Shown here: piece after piece, positions 11,147 through 22,338 of the stretch
How positions within the stretch are numbered: position 1 is the first letter of the stretch
Layout: each line of letters begins with the position of its first letter
Source of the DNA: an uncultured virus (IMG/VR IMGVR_UViG_3300032177_003246)
Lineage: Duplodnaviria; Heunggongvirae; Uroviricota; Caudoviricetes
IMG/VR virus record: IMGVR_UViG_3300032177_003246
Strand: one strand, 5' to 3'
DNA: 64,000 bases
Notes under the pieces: model-generated
The model's input: the letters and a program-made list of their open reading frames with translations, nothing else
The model's database searches: none
Told to the model about the DNA's origin: nothing
Program-made: the position numbers and the translations under genes

Positions 11147-14100
11147 AGATCATGAAGACAACCATCCACCTACCGCCACGTGCGCGCACCGTTCGTGACG
11201 GCGGGCAACGTACAGCGCTGTACTGGCGCTGGCTCAACATCCTCGCGGAGGTGTGGTCGTGAAATCAACTGTACCCAACACCAATGACGAGATCGAGGTC
11301 ATCCCCGAGAAGGGCGCTCCATGGGCCCGCATTCGAATCCGCGAGAGCCAAGGCATCTCTGGCGTCGGCAAGTGTTCAATCTTCCTGACGCCAGACCAAC
11401 TCGAAGAGCACGCACGAGAATGCCTCACGCTTGCGGCCAAGATCAGGAACGGTCAGGTCGAGTTCGAGCGAAGCCCGAATAAGTCCGTCGAGACTTCCGA
11501 GGCTGAACGCGCCAGCTACCTCGGCATGACGATCGCGCAGTACCGCGCGCTTCGCCGGGGGGACTTCTGATGCCGAAGATCGCCGTGAAGCTCCGTATGT
11601 ACACGATCTGGCCCGCCGACCGCGATGGACTGCCAGCGAGGTTCGAGAGCACCTGGCAGCAAGACGCGCGCTGGCTCGTGCTCGACATCACCGACGGCCT
11701 CGATCACGCGCACGTCGTGGAAGGTCCCGTGTCGCGTGATGTCGCCATCAGACGCGAGCGCGAGGTGCGTGCCGTCGCGAAAGCCGCTGCCAAGAAGCTT
11801 CACCAACACCGTTCCCGCCGACAGCTCGTCGGCTCCGAGGTACCGTGACAAAGACGAAGAAAAAGACGAAGCCCGTCAACTACCGGCAGGACTACGTGTG
11901 CACGGGCTGCAAGGCGAGCGGCCTCAAGCTGTGGCGCGACTACAACACGTGCGCGAGCGCTTGCGAACTCAAGTGTGCAGCCTGCGCGACGCCTGCGCAG
12001 ATCGCGTACGAGGCCAAGACCTACACCGAGAAGAATCGCGACTACCTCGGAGCGCTCGATGCAGACGGCATGTTCATGTTTCGCGGCAGCGACCAGCTCG
12101 GTGGTCTCGTGCCCGCCGTACCAACACCCGAGGGCGACACGTTCTGGGGCTACACCTCGGTGCCCAACGAGGACGTGCTGTGGTGGTACGCGCTGCCCAC
12201 GTACCAGGGGCACGCGCCCGAACTGCGGTGCCTTCAGCAGCTGCTGCGAAAGAATCGTGACACCTACGCAGCGCAGCGCCAGCAAGTGCTCCGGTTGCGC
12301 GGCAAGGCCGACGAGGCACGTCGCCAGCTCAGGCTTCGGGTCGAGCCCGTGGTGATTCCCAGCCTCTCGCAAGACGAGCTGACCACGCTAGCGATCGTCA
12401 GTGCCACGAGCACGGACGTGGACGCGTGCCGGCAGCATCTTCTTCGCCTCATGACGACCAATGGCGAGCTGGGGAAGATGCAGGTCGATCTCTACCGACA
12501 GATCGACGACCTGGAGTGGAAGATCGAGCGGCGCGTCTTCACGTTCACGCGGCCCACGAAGGTCTTGATCTACGATACCGAGGTCGTCGAGAGCGAGGGA
12601 CTCCGCATGTACAAGCCCGTCGAGCGCTATCGTGACGTCACGTGCGACGATCGCGTCGCCTTCACGGAGGGCAGAGAGCGCGCCTTCCTTCTCGATCCGA
12701 TGGACGACTCGTGGCGAAAGGCCTACGTCATCATGGAGTACGAACAGGACGGCGCGCGGTGGATTCGCGAGCAGATCCTCGCGGGCATCCTGACGGAATA
12801 TCGGAGGCTCGTATGACCGACATCGAAGCAAACCTGCGAGCACTCGTCCGAAAACACTGCGAAGGTCCCATCCTGGTCGCTGGCCAGTTTGTGTGCGTGG
12901 ACGAAATGCAACGCAGCCCTGTAACGCGGCGTGAAATCGCGACAGTCCCGGAGCTGATCGGCGCGCTCGAATTTCGCCTGAGCGTTTTGACCATGGCGAA
13001 TGCGTATCTGCGCCAGACGAAAGATCGGAGACACCCGTGACCGAGCACGACGACAAGATCGCGCTGACCGTGAAGCGCGCCGAGCTGATCGAGAGTCTCA
13101 CGCCCACGTCCCTCTCACCCGCAGACCGCTCGCGGATCCAAGAAGAGCTGGCGCTCGTCAACGCCAGGATCAAGGCGATCAACACCACCAAAGCCGCCCA
13201 AGACAAGGCGGCGGCGGATCGGAAGCGCGTTGCCGGACTCGCCGAGGCCCAGGCCAACGCCGCCCGCGCACGGGCTAACGCCGGGCTCGTCCATCACTAC
13301 CGGGATGACCTCGCCTGTCCAGCATGCGGCACGGATTCCACGACCGGATGCTTCGAGGGGTCTAATAACGATGACGACCCAGGCCAGACCAGCGCGATCG
13401 ACAGCTGGATCGATGCGGTGCTCTTGCGTCACGACGTCGACTTCACCCGCACTCCCGAGGGCGATCTCTCCCTTGATGTCGCGCCGAAGTGGGCTGCGGT
13501 CATCGGGACCCTCGTCGACGGCGTGTATGCGGCGGCGCGCGGGCAAGAGCTGCCCGATCTGCCCAAGGCGGAGCTGAAGGCCGTGACGGCCCGCAAGCCG
13601 TTCACGCCGCCGAAGCCGGTGAAGGTCGGCAAACCCGCGAAATCCACCAAGAAGCACTGAGCCGATCGCGGACGGGTACCAGATGACCCATTCCGATTCG
13701 CGCCGATCGCCGCTACAACGGAGCTACGACCGTGACTGACCATGCCCGCATCACACGCCGAGGAATCCAGTTGTATCAGCTCGCCGTGCTGATGGAGATC
13801 GGCTACGGCGGGCGCGGGCAAGGTGCGGAGGCGCTGCTCTACATGGCAGACGCCATCGCCCGGCTCGCGGCGCTCTCGACAGAGCCGCGCACGGCGCTCG
13901 CCACCGTGACGAGTCTCTTCTCGAAGATCCAAGACGACTGGTTCGAGCAGCAGCGATCAGAACACGGCGATCGGCGTTTGCCCGACGCGAGCCACCTGAT
14001 CTCCGACATCACGTTCGAGACCGTGGTCGGCCAGAAGGATCCCAACGAGGCGCTTGGCGGCTTCGCCGTCGATGCGCTCGAACGCCTCACGGACGCGCTC

Positions 14101-14175
14101 GTCGACATCGCGCGGCTCAACAAGAACCCGCGGAACATCATCGAGCATGTGATGCGCCGTCTCGACGAGGCGGAC

Positions 14176-14531
14176 ACTTCTCCTGGTGACGTTTCGAGGA
14201 CCACGCGCGTGGAGGATCTGTCGTGACCAAGAAGCACGTCGACGCGAAAGCCGAAAAGTACATGCCGACGCGCGGCAGTTTCGACGATCCCAGCCGCACC
14301 GGGGCTAGCAGCATCCTGCGTGCCGTCGACAAGGGCGGCGAGATCACGATCGAGACGCTGACCGAGCTACTCGATCTGCTTCGCACGAAGACCGACTACC
14401 ACTTCCATGTCGAGGTTGCCGTGCTGCCGAGCGGCAGCGCGCTGCTTAAGACCATCGACAACGAGCGCGACGCGAAAGAGACGATTCGGCGGCTCAAGCT
14501 CAAGGAGACTTCTCCTGATGACGTTTCGAGG
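14176..14531 (+). repeat. 24-bp direct repeat ACTTCTCCTG(G/A)TGACGTTTCGAGG at 14176-14199 and 14508-14531; diverged third copy at 625-648
   Basis: Read directly: 1 mismatch between the first two copies; the third copy is ACTTCTCCTGGTGGCGATCCGAGG. Confidence 0.8.
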
Positions 14532-14554
14532 TCCCCGTGAGCGAGCTGCACGAG

Positions 14555-14926
14555 TCACGCAGCTTCGATGAGCCCGTGCTCGACGCGCCCCGTATCGTCG
14601 GTCGCGATGAGCAGGACGGCCTCCTGCCCGAACGCGAAGGCGATGTCCTTGGCGAGCAGCTCGGCGCGCTGAAAGATCGCGGAACAGCCTCCACTGGCCG
14701 GGCTCATGACGACCTCTACCATGTACCCGTCCTCGCTACCGCCCTGCCAGACACCGCGCGTCTTGAAGAAGGTCGCGTTGGCGAACTTCTTCTTGACCAT
14801 CGCCTCGACGGTCTCGCGGAACGTCTGGTCATCGAACGCGACCGGCAGCTTCTTGTAGCGGCCGACATCCCCGGGCACACCGGCCCCGATGTAGAAGCGT
14901 ACGGAGCAGGTAGGACCGAGAGCCAT
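14555..14926 (-). CDS. DUF3574 / phage SAM-lyase-like small protein
   Basis: RFYIG...FANATFFKTRGVWQGGSEDGYMVEV...LAKDIAFAFGQEAVL; a lone minus-strand gene with TACGCT-6nt-ATG upstream. Confidence 0.5.
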   Translation of the reverse strand: MALGPTCSVRFYIGAGVPGDVGRYKKLPVAFDDQTFRETVEAMVKKKFANATFFKTRGVWQGGSEDGYMVEVVMSPASGGCSAIFQRAELLAKDIAFAFGQEAVLLIATDDTGRVEHGLIEAA

Positions 14927-17624
14927 ACCGCGAGCGTACCAACAATTCCGCCAGCTTCGCCAATTCTGAGCGCGAAGGAGTTGAAAGCCCGCACGCGGCC
15001 GGGACCGCACCGTTTTTATCTCTTCTTCGACGTCGATCGCGGCACTGGCGAGCTGTCGCTGGAGACCTCGTGGCTACCAGACTTGCCTGAGGTCACGGCG
15101 GCGCTCGGCCCGCTGGGGTTTTCACGGCGGGATGACGGGTCCTACAGCGTTCGCATGAGCGACGCCGGTGATCAGCTGGCGATCCTTCGCCGCGCCACCA
15201 AGGCGCTGCACTTCTTGCTCGCGGAGGCGACGCTGTGAGCCCGCAGGAGATTCGCCAAGCACTGCACGCGGCAACCAACGCGGCGGTACCCAGCGACAGC
15301 GATCGTGCGCTCGTCGCGCTGCACGGTCTGCTGGCCGGCTTCGTCGAGGCGACCGAACAGGCCGACCGCGATGGCCATGGATCGATGAAGGCGATGTCGA
15401 TCGAGCAGCTCAGCGCGCTCAGCCAGCTCTACTTCGCGGTGGGTCTATGACGAACGTGAAGCCGCTCAACGAGCAAGACCGGCGGCTCGCCGAAGCAGCC
15501 GCATCGGTGATCGAGGAGGCTGAAAGGGCAGGCCTTCCAGATCTTCCGAAAAACCTCGGCGTCACTGACCGCGCATTTCGCTTGCTCGCGCGATCCTACG
15601 TCGAGCTACGTGAACAAGTACGCACGCTGCACGAGCTGGTGGACCAGACAGATCCAAACGATCCGATCGGCGTAGCACTCACCAAGGTCGGCCTCGCGGG
15701 CAAACCCAGCCTGCCCGGTCTACGGCCGCGCCCGCTGCAAGTCGTTTTCACGCAGGCGCAGATCGCCAAGCTCGACATCAAGGAGCTGATCGCGATCTAT
15801 TGCCGTCACATGGGTGATGTACCAGATCGGTTCACCGAGACCGGTCGCTATGTCGTTCGGGTGTGGGACGGCATGGACAGATGCTGGACAAACTGCACCG
15901 GCGAAATCGGCCGAGACGAAGCGCTGCGCTACTGGGCCGAGCGCACGGACGGCGGCACACATCACGCGTCGTATTCCGAGATCGACTACTACCGGATCTT
16001 TCCCGCCGGAACACACATGCTCTACGACGGTTCCGAAGGAAGGGAGATGCACCGATGACGACCCCCGAACGCCGGAAGCTCGCGCTCGACATCGCGCGCG
16101 CGCAAGAGTGCCTCCGGCAAGCGCGCAACCTTGCACAGTCCGCAGTGTCGCAGCTCGCCGAGCTGAACATCAACGGTGACGGAACCGCCGTCGATCCAAC
16201 CCTCGATCTCGATCTCAAGACAGCGATCAAGCTCGCGCAGACCGCGCGCAAAAGCTGCCAAGAGGGTGTCGATCATCTCGACGGCGAGATCAAAAGGACG
16301 GTGATCTGTGAATCGTGAACGGGCACGTGAGGTGCTGACCAAGCTGGAGATCACCGTCGACAGATCCGACGCCGACGGTCTTTGGATCAGTCGAACGATC
16401 TGCCCCGGCGGCGTGCTCAGCTTCACGACAACGGAAAACTGGCGGCTTCACACCGGCGGCGGCATCGCGGGCAACGCGGACAAGCTCTGGCTCTCGCCGA
16501 AGGTGCGGCAACTGACGCCGCTGGGGAGCGAGGCCTATACGCCACGCGGTCCCTTCGCGACCAAGGCGCAGCTCGAAAAAGCCTTGCGGGCGTGGCGGAG
16601 GGGCGAATGAAGGCACAAGCCAAGCGCGTGCCCAAGGGCGACGGCACATTTGTCGGATCGCCGGCACGCGCCGTCGTGCCCCAGATCGACGACGTCACGT
16701 ACAAGCTCCTCAAGTCCTGCCCCGAGGCCGTCGCGCTGCGCACGCGTGCGATCGAGTGGCAGGAAGCCGCAGCCAAGGACGGTCTCGATCACTCACCAGG
16801 ATGCAGCCACGAGCGCGAGGCCGAACGTGCACACAGGTGCTTCATGCAGGCTGCGTACGAGTACGGGCTCGCGGTCGAGCGCCGGGGATGTGAGCACATG
16901 CATCTGTGGGCACGACCTGGCGAGCTGGTGAGCTTCCTGCCGATGACGCCGGACGCCCGTAACTGGATTCGCGAGCACGGCTGGGAGGGCAAGGCGATCA
17001 TGGTGCGGTTCTGGGGCGAGCAGCTCACGGTGCGATCGCCGGTCGATCGCCGTCGCAAGCGCACCTTCGGACCGCGCGAAGCAACGTGGGCGCGCATCGA
17101 CAGCGAGGCCGAGAAAGTGCGCTTCGAGCGCGCGTGCGGCCTGCGCCGTGATCCGTGGAGCACCTCGTGACCGAGGGACACCGCACCAAGATCGTCCGGC
17201 ACGATCATGTCGGTTGTCACACCTCACGCACGTGGCCCCCGGCCAACGGCGACTGCGGTACACGATTCGAAGCACGCTGCTCATGCGGCTTTGGCCAGGG
17301 AGCGATCTGCCACGAGCACGCGGAAGTCATCGAGCGGGGGCATCTTGCGGATTCCCGCGCCCAGGTGATTTCGTGGGATCCGGTCCCGCTCACCGGCAAG
17401 ACGATCACCGACGAAGATCTACGGGCCCTGTTCGCGCGACACTGCGAATGCCGGCCGCTTGATCTGACGCGTACCGTCGAGGACCACGCAGCGATCCACG
17501 ACCGCTGCGGCTCCGAAGAGCAGCGCGTGGATCAGGAGCGCGAAGACGCCTACGTGCGCGACATGTACGGACCGATCGCCGCGCTCCTCGGCGAGGCGCT
17601 CAAGAAGAAGCTGGAGCCCGATCA

Positions 17625-17894
17625 GTGAAGAAGGAATACGACTTCAAGGACGCGGCTCGCGGCATCTTCGCGAAGACAACCTCGAAGCGCGAGCGTCAGG
17701 CGGCGCTCAAGCGCTTGCGTCCCCGCACCGTGCAGGTGAGCTTCGCCGTCACGTGCGAAGTCGTCGACGCGCTTCGAGCGCTTAGGGACACCGGCCTGTT
17801 TGGTAACGGGCAGGACTGTGAATCGGTCGCCGAGGAGCTGCTCCGCAAGGCGCTTCTCGATCCACACCTGGTGCCGTACTGGAGGAAGACGTGA
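17625..17894 (+). CDS. BrnA/CopG-like antitoxin or ribbon-helix-helix-type DNA-binding protein
   Basis: N-terminus MKKEYDFKDAARGIF resembles MKKEYDFS...RG antitoxins, followed by a beta-helix-helix pattern. Confidence 0.45.
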   Translation: MKKEYDFKDAARGIFAKTTSKRERQAALKRLRPRTVQVSFAVTCEVVDALRALRDTGLFGNGQDCESVAEELLRKALLDPHLVPYWRKT

Positions 17895-18844
17895 TCTACG
17901 GCGAGCATCTCAACGCAAACGAAGCCGTCGTGACATGCGCGTGCGGCAAGAACGCCCTCTTCGAGGTCGTTGACAAGCAGGGACGGTCGCACGGGTGGCA
18001 CTGCCGGCTACACGCGCAGTGCAAGCGCGACGAGCTGAGGCGCCTGGAGAAGATCGCCAAGGCGATCGTCCGAAAGGGCAGACCATGACCGCCCCGATCG
18101 ACATCGAGTGCCCCGCGTGCGCCGCCACCCCCGGAAACTACTGCACGGTGGCAACCACGCCACGTCAGCGCGTCACGTTCCATCATGCCGAGCGTGTCGA
18201 TGCAGCGTGTCGTGAGAACACGCGTCGCCCGCACGACCCACGTGCGTTGCGGTCCGCGCTTATCGAAGCGCTCAATCGTCTCGAAAAGCACCATCCGGCC
18301 ATTCAGGACGCGCTCACCGACGAGCTGAGCTTCATCCTCACGACCCGCGAGAGGTTCGGACTATGAGCACACGCCGCATCATTCTCTCGTTCGATCACCC
18401 GACATGCGACACCAGCGTCGACGTCAACCTGCCGATGCCAGATCCGATCAACGAGAGCGCGGAGGCCCAAGCCGATCGCGTCTGTCCCGCGTGTCCGACA
18501 TGCAAAGCGCCGATGCGCTACATCGGCTTTCGCTTCAGTAAGGACGACGACGAGTGACACCCCCGTCGTGCCACGCAGGTGCTGGCCATGGTCCCACGCG
18601 CAGCTTCGCGCACTGGGGACAGCTCTGCGAACCGTGCTGGACGTGGTGCCTTCAATTCGTCGAGCGCCTCTGTGGCACCGACGCGGCGGAGCGCTTGCGT
18701 GCACGCCACGCACAAGGAGAACAACAGCGATGACAACTTCCACGTCCCCCGAGCCCCAGAGCGACCATCGACCGCTCATCCGCCTTGATCCCGCGCCCCC
18801 TGGCGTGCAGCTCATCGGCTGCACCTGTGGCTGGCGTGTACGGC

Positions 18845-19078
18845 ATGGCACCAAGGATCCCGAGCGGGGTGCAGGTGTTCAGCGCAACCATGTTCCACCA
18901 ACGGCAGGAACTCGGAGAGGCAGTCACGCGCTGGCTGGAAGAGGCGCGACGGACGCGTCCCCGCTTCGAGCTGGTCGACATGCAGATCCGCCAGTCGAGT
19001 GACGAGGCGTTTCACTGCGTGTCGATCACCGTCTTCTTCAAGGAAACCGTCAACAGCGAGAAGAAGCGCCGTGGCTGA
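18845..19078 (+). CDS. Small conserved protein of the kind typical of myxobacteria
   Basis: GVQVFSAT...RQELGEAVTRWL...VD..IRQSSDEAFHCVSITVFF; a recalled family pattern, not searched. Confidence 0.6.
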   Translation: MAPRIPSGVQVFSATMFHQRQELGEAVTRWLEEARRTRPRFELVDMQIRQSSDEAFHCVSITVFFKETVNSEKKRRG

Positions 19079-20537
19079 GCCCTGCGGAAACGACGAGTGC
19101 GACAAGTGCGATCCCAAGCCACGCTGGCGGATCAGCGCGCACCGCATCCAGCACATCACGTACGAGCGCGAGATCAAGGCGGCGACCCTCGAAGAGGCGC
19201 TTGCAATCTTCGAGGGCGGCACCGCGTGGCCAACGTCGTACGACGACCGCTACGGTGAGATCATCCAGCAAGACGACCCCGTCGTCACACAAATCACCGC
19301 CGAGACCGGGAACAACGACAAGAGCCTGCTCACCTACTACCGCGAGGAGTGCTGCTTCCACGATCTGCCGTCGAGGCAAGCGGCCTCCGAGAAGCCGTCC
19401 GAAGAAACGCCCACATCGATCGATTTATCGGCCGCTTCATCGACCAACAAGGACATCTGATGCCCCTCCACAAACAAGTCACGACCTGCCGCCGCACGAC
19501 GGATCCCAGCACGCCCGGCTGCGGCGAGTGCGAGCACTGCGCCCTGGCCGTGTGCTCGGCATGCGGCGGCGCCGAAGGGTCACTCACGACCGACTGTCCC
19601 GGGGTGAAGGTCAGTATCGAGCGCCAAGAGGAGATCTACGAAACCCGTCTCGACTACACCGACGAGCGTGGCTGGCACCTCGCAGAAAGCCCCCACCGAT
19701 CGGCCCGATTCGAGAAAGTTCCCAAAACGCCGGATCCGCAGACGGCGGATCCCCGCGTGATCGCAGCGCCCAGCATCGACTGGTCACGCGTCGATCGCAC
19801 GAGGGACCTCCAGTATGAGCTGACGAAGAAGGCGATCGCGTGGGTGCTCGCCGATCGCGCGTGCGATGACAGCACGGCAGCCGTGAATCGGGTCCGCGAC
19901 GAAATCGCGCCCCTGCACGGACGTACCGACCTGCACGGGCGTACCGATCTCACCGCTGCCGAACAGGAGCGCTTCGCCGAACACGAGCGCCTGAAGATCG
20001 AGTTCCACCTCGCATGCCGTCGCGCGGAGCGCTGCGACGAAGAATTCAAGCAGCTCGCCCGCCGCATCGTCGACACGCTCACGAGTGTCGAGGACAGCAG
20101 CGTGCCGCTGTCGAAGCGCTGAGGCTGATCGATCATGAAGAAGCTCCTTCTCGCGCCGCCGCTGCCACGGCGACCCCTCGTCGGAAAAATGTGCTCATCG
20201 TGCCCGTTCGGCCCCAACGCGGGCAGGCCCAAGGTCAACGTGAGCGCTGCGGAGCTGGAGCGCTTCAAGGAAACCGCACGGCGCGGGGAGTTCTACTGCC
20301 ACGAAACCGCGCTCGAAGATCCGCGAACCAAGGTGACCGCCTGCGGCGATCCCGACGGAATCCAGCCCCACTTCAAAGTGTGTCGCGGCGGCTGGGAGCT
20401 TCGTCTCAAGTTCCTGCGCTCGAAGCACGGGTGATCTCCTGCGTGTGGGTTCTGCTAACAACCCCGCTAACAATACGTTAGACTGTCCCCGCGGCACCAC
20501 AGCACCACCGACGGACCGACGGATCCGTGGACTCACA

Positions 20538-20609
20538 GAGACGGGTAGCGACATACCCAGGTTTTCAGATCCACAGGTTATGTGGCGGGACATGTGGCCC
20601 AAGAGTCGC
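20538..20609 (+). promoter_or_regulatory. Palindromic box plus sigma54-like promoter
   Basis: GAGACGGGTAgcgacaTACCCAGG (20538-20561), TGG-CCCAAGAGTC-GCA (GG at 20596), ATG at 20623. Confidence 0.7.
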
Positions 20610-20622
20610 AGCATCCTCGGTC

Positions 20623-21057
20623 ATGCAGAACCAGAACGCGATCTACATGCTCTTCGGCGCGGCGCTCGTCTGCCTCGGGATTCTTGCCTCGGCCCTGGCG
20701 GATCGTATCCGCGGCCTGCGCGTCTCGCGTGCCGATCGTGCTGATCGTGCTGATCGTGAGGGTCGTGAAAGCGCTCCGCGCACGGCCCGCGGCAGTGCTC
20801 CGCCGTCCCCGCGGACCATTCCCGTCGTCGAGCCCGTGGAGTTTCTACGCAAGTCTGCGGCCAGCCGCCGCGCCCCCGAGGCGAAGGCGCCCTTCGATGA
20901 AGGCGGTGATGACGTGATCGCGGCGCTCGTCGCGAGCGGCTACAAGAAGGCGCAGGCGACGGAGGCCGCCTGGGCGTGCACCCCGTCGGAGCGCGCGACG
21001 GTCGAGCACTGGACCGCTGCGGCGCTGCGGCGCTGCGCCCGTGGAGGGATGTCGTGA
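20623..21057 (+). CDS. Membrane-anchored protein with RuvA C-terminal domain III only
   Basis: N-terminal hydrophobic helix IYMLFGAALVCLGILASALA, R/A/P-rich linker, then DDVIAALVASGYKKAQATEAA...TVEHWTAAALRR; lies upstream of ruvB. Confidence 0.75.
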   Translation: MQNQNAIYMLFGAALVCLGILASALADRIRGLRVSRADRADRADREGRESAPRTARGSAPPSPRTIPVVEPVEFLRKSAASRRAPEAKAPFDEGGDDVIAALVASGYKKAQATEAAWACTPSERATVEHWTAAALRRCARGGMS

Positions 21058-21088
21058 AGCTCAACTTCTCGGTCGAGTTGCCGAACCC

Positions 21089-22201
21089 ATGAGGCGTCTG
21101 GGCGGTTTAGGCAAGGGAACGCCGGTGCTCTTCGGCGACGGAAGTGTGCGGCCTGTCGAACGTGTCCGGATGGGTGATTGCTTAATGGGACCCGACGGCA
21201 AGACTCGGTCAGTCGCCTCGGTAAAGACTGGGAGGTCGTCTCTTTTCCGCATCGAGCCCGTCAATGGCTCCTCATGGCTGTGCACTGGTCAGCACGCCCT
21301 CACGCTTGTGAACACGGTGACGGATGCAGTCATAGACGTTCCAGTCAGTCAGTGGCTGGTTTCCAGCGCCACCTTCAAACGTAGCCACAAGCTGTTTAGT
21401 GTCGGAGTGGTCCGTTTCGATAACGGCTTCGGTGACGGAGCCTCTCGTCCGATCGACCCCTACTTCCTCGGTGTGTGGTTCGGTGATGGCGGAAAATTCA
21501 TGAGTGCAAACGAGGGCGGACCTGCAATCTACGGCGTCGTAATTTCCAAACCGGGGCCAGAAATCCTGGCGCTGTGTAAAAAACAAGCACGGCAGTGGGG
21601 TCTGCACGTCACAACCAGCAACTCTAACGGAACGCGATGCCCCAGCTATCGCCTTTCCGCAGATAAAGCCGAACCTGGACAGGGTCCCTGGAAGCCCAAT
21701 CCTCTCTTGCGCGCGCTCCGCGACTTGGTGGGCGAGAAGATCCTTGTTCCTGACGCGTATCTCCACGCTCCGCGACGGGAACGGCTCCAGTTTCTTGCTG
21801 GTATGTGCGACACGGATGGCGAGCTGAGTGACGCGACGTTTGTCATCACGCAGAAACGAGAAGACTGGGCGCTGGCGCTTTGGCAACTGGCGCGCTCCCT
21901 CGGTTTCTACGCGAGCCTTAGAGCACGCTTCTCCGGCTACCGAAGAGTCGACGGAACCTTCTTCAAAGGAACATATTGGGTCGTTTCAATCAGCGGGGAC
22001 ACAGATCAAATCCCGACGAGGATTGCCCACAAGAAGGCCCCACCACGGCGCCAGAAAAAGGTTGCGACGCGCACCGGCGTTGCTGTCGTTCCGGCCGGTA
22101 ACGGTCCTTGGCATAGCTTCGCCCTCGAAGGCAAGGACGATCGGTTTTTGTTGGGAGATTTTGTCGTCACCTCAGCGCAGGTTGGTCCATGCGCTGGGTA
22201 G
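21089..22201 (+). CDS. Free-standing intein-derived protein (Hint + LAGLIDADG endonuclease) lacking terminal splicing residues
   Basis: GLGKGTPVLFGDGSVRPVERVRMGDCLMGPDG (block A, Gly at position 1), TGQH (block B), PYFLGVWFGDG and FLAGMCDTDG (LAGLIDADG), RFLLGDFVVTSA (block G without HN). Confidence 0.85.
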   Translation: MRRLGGLGKGTPVLFGDGSVRPVERVRMGDCLMGPDGKTRSVASVKTGRSSLFRIEPVNGSSWLCTGQHALTLVNTVTDAVIDVPVSQWLVSSATFKRSHKLFSVGVVRFDNGFGDGASRPIDPYFLGVWFGDGGKFMSANEGGPAIYGVVISKPGPEILALCKKQARQWGLHVTTSNSNGTRCPSYRLSADKAEPGQGPWKPNPLLRALRDLVGEKILVPDAYLHAPRRERLQFLAGMCDTDGELSDATFVITQKREDWALALWQLARSLGFYASLRARFSGYRRVDGTFFKGTYWVVSISGDTDQIPTRIAHKKAPPRRQKKVATRTGVAVVPAGNGPWHSFALEGKDDRFLLGDFVVTSAQVGPCAG

Positions 22202-22325
22202 CTAAGTACCCGGATTCGGACAGCGACGGTGGAGGACCGATCGTGTCTCGTTCGCCACGGGTATCTAGTTACCCAGGTTTTCCTGTTGCACAGTTGGAGA
22301 CGCAGATATCCGGCACGCCAGTAGC
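22196..22325 (+). promoter_or_regulatory. Tandem palindromic boxes plus sigma54-like promoter of ruvB
   Basis: GGGTAgctaagTACCC (22196-22211), GGGTAtctagtTACCCAGG (22259-22277), GG-CACGCCAGTA-GC (22312-22325), ATG at 22339. Confidence 0.75.
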
Positions 22326-22338
22326 AGTATCTCTGGGC

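Larger units (their letters stand above)
7981..14540 (+). other. Cluster of hypothetical phage-like ORFs (7981-8208, 8777-9148, 9145-9330, 9327-9602, 9599-9883, 9900-10451, 11259-11570, 11570-11848, 11845-12816, 12813-13040, 13037-13660, 13732-14226, 14223-14540)
   Basis: Overlapping stop-start junctions and codon bias; no families recognised. Confidence 0.65.
15235..20434 (+). other. Cluster of hypothetical ORFs (15235-15450, 15447-16058, 16055-16318, 16308-16610, 16607-17170, 17167-17628, 17891-18088, 18085-18366, 18363-18557, 19071-19460, 19460-20122, 20135-20434)
   Basis: Overlapping junctions; many Cys-rich Zn-ribbon motifs. Confidence 0.65.

Noticed and set aside
13674..13689. GGGTAccagatGACCC box upstream of 13732
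   Set aside because: It resembles the palindrome but has no GG-N10-GC at the conserved spacing, so it was not counted as a full module.
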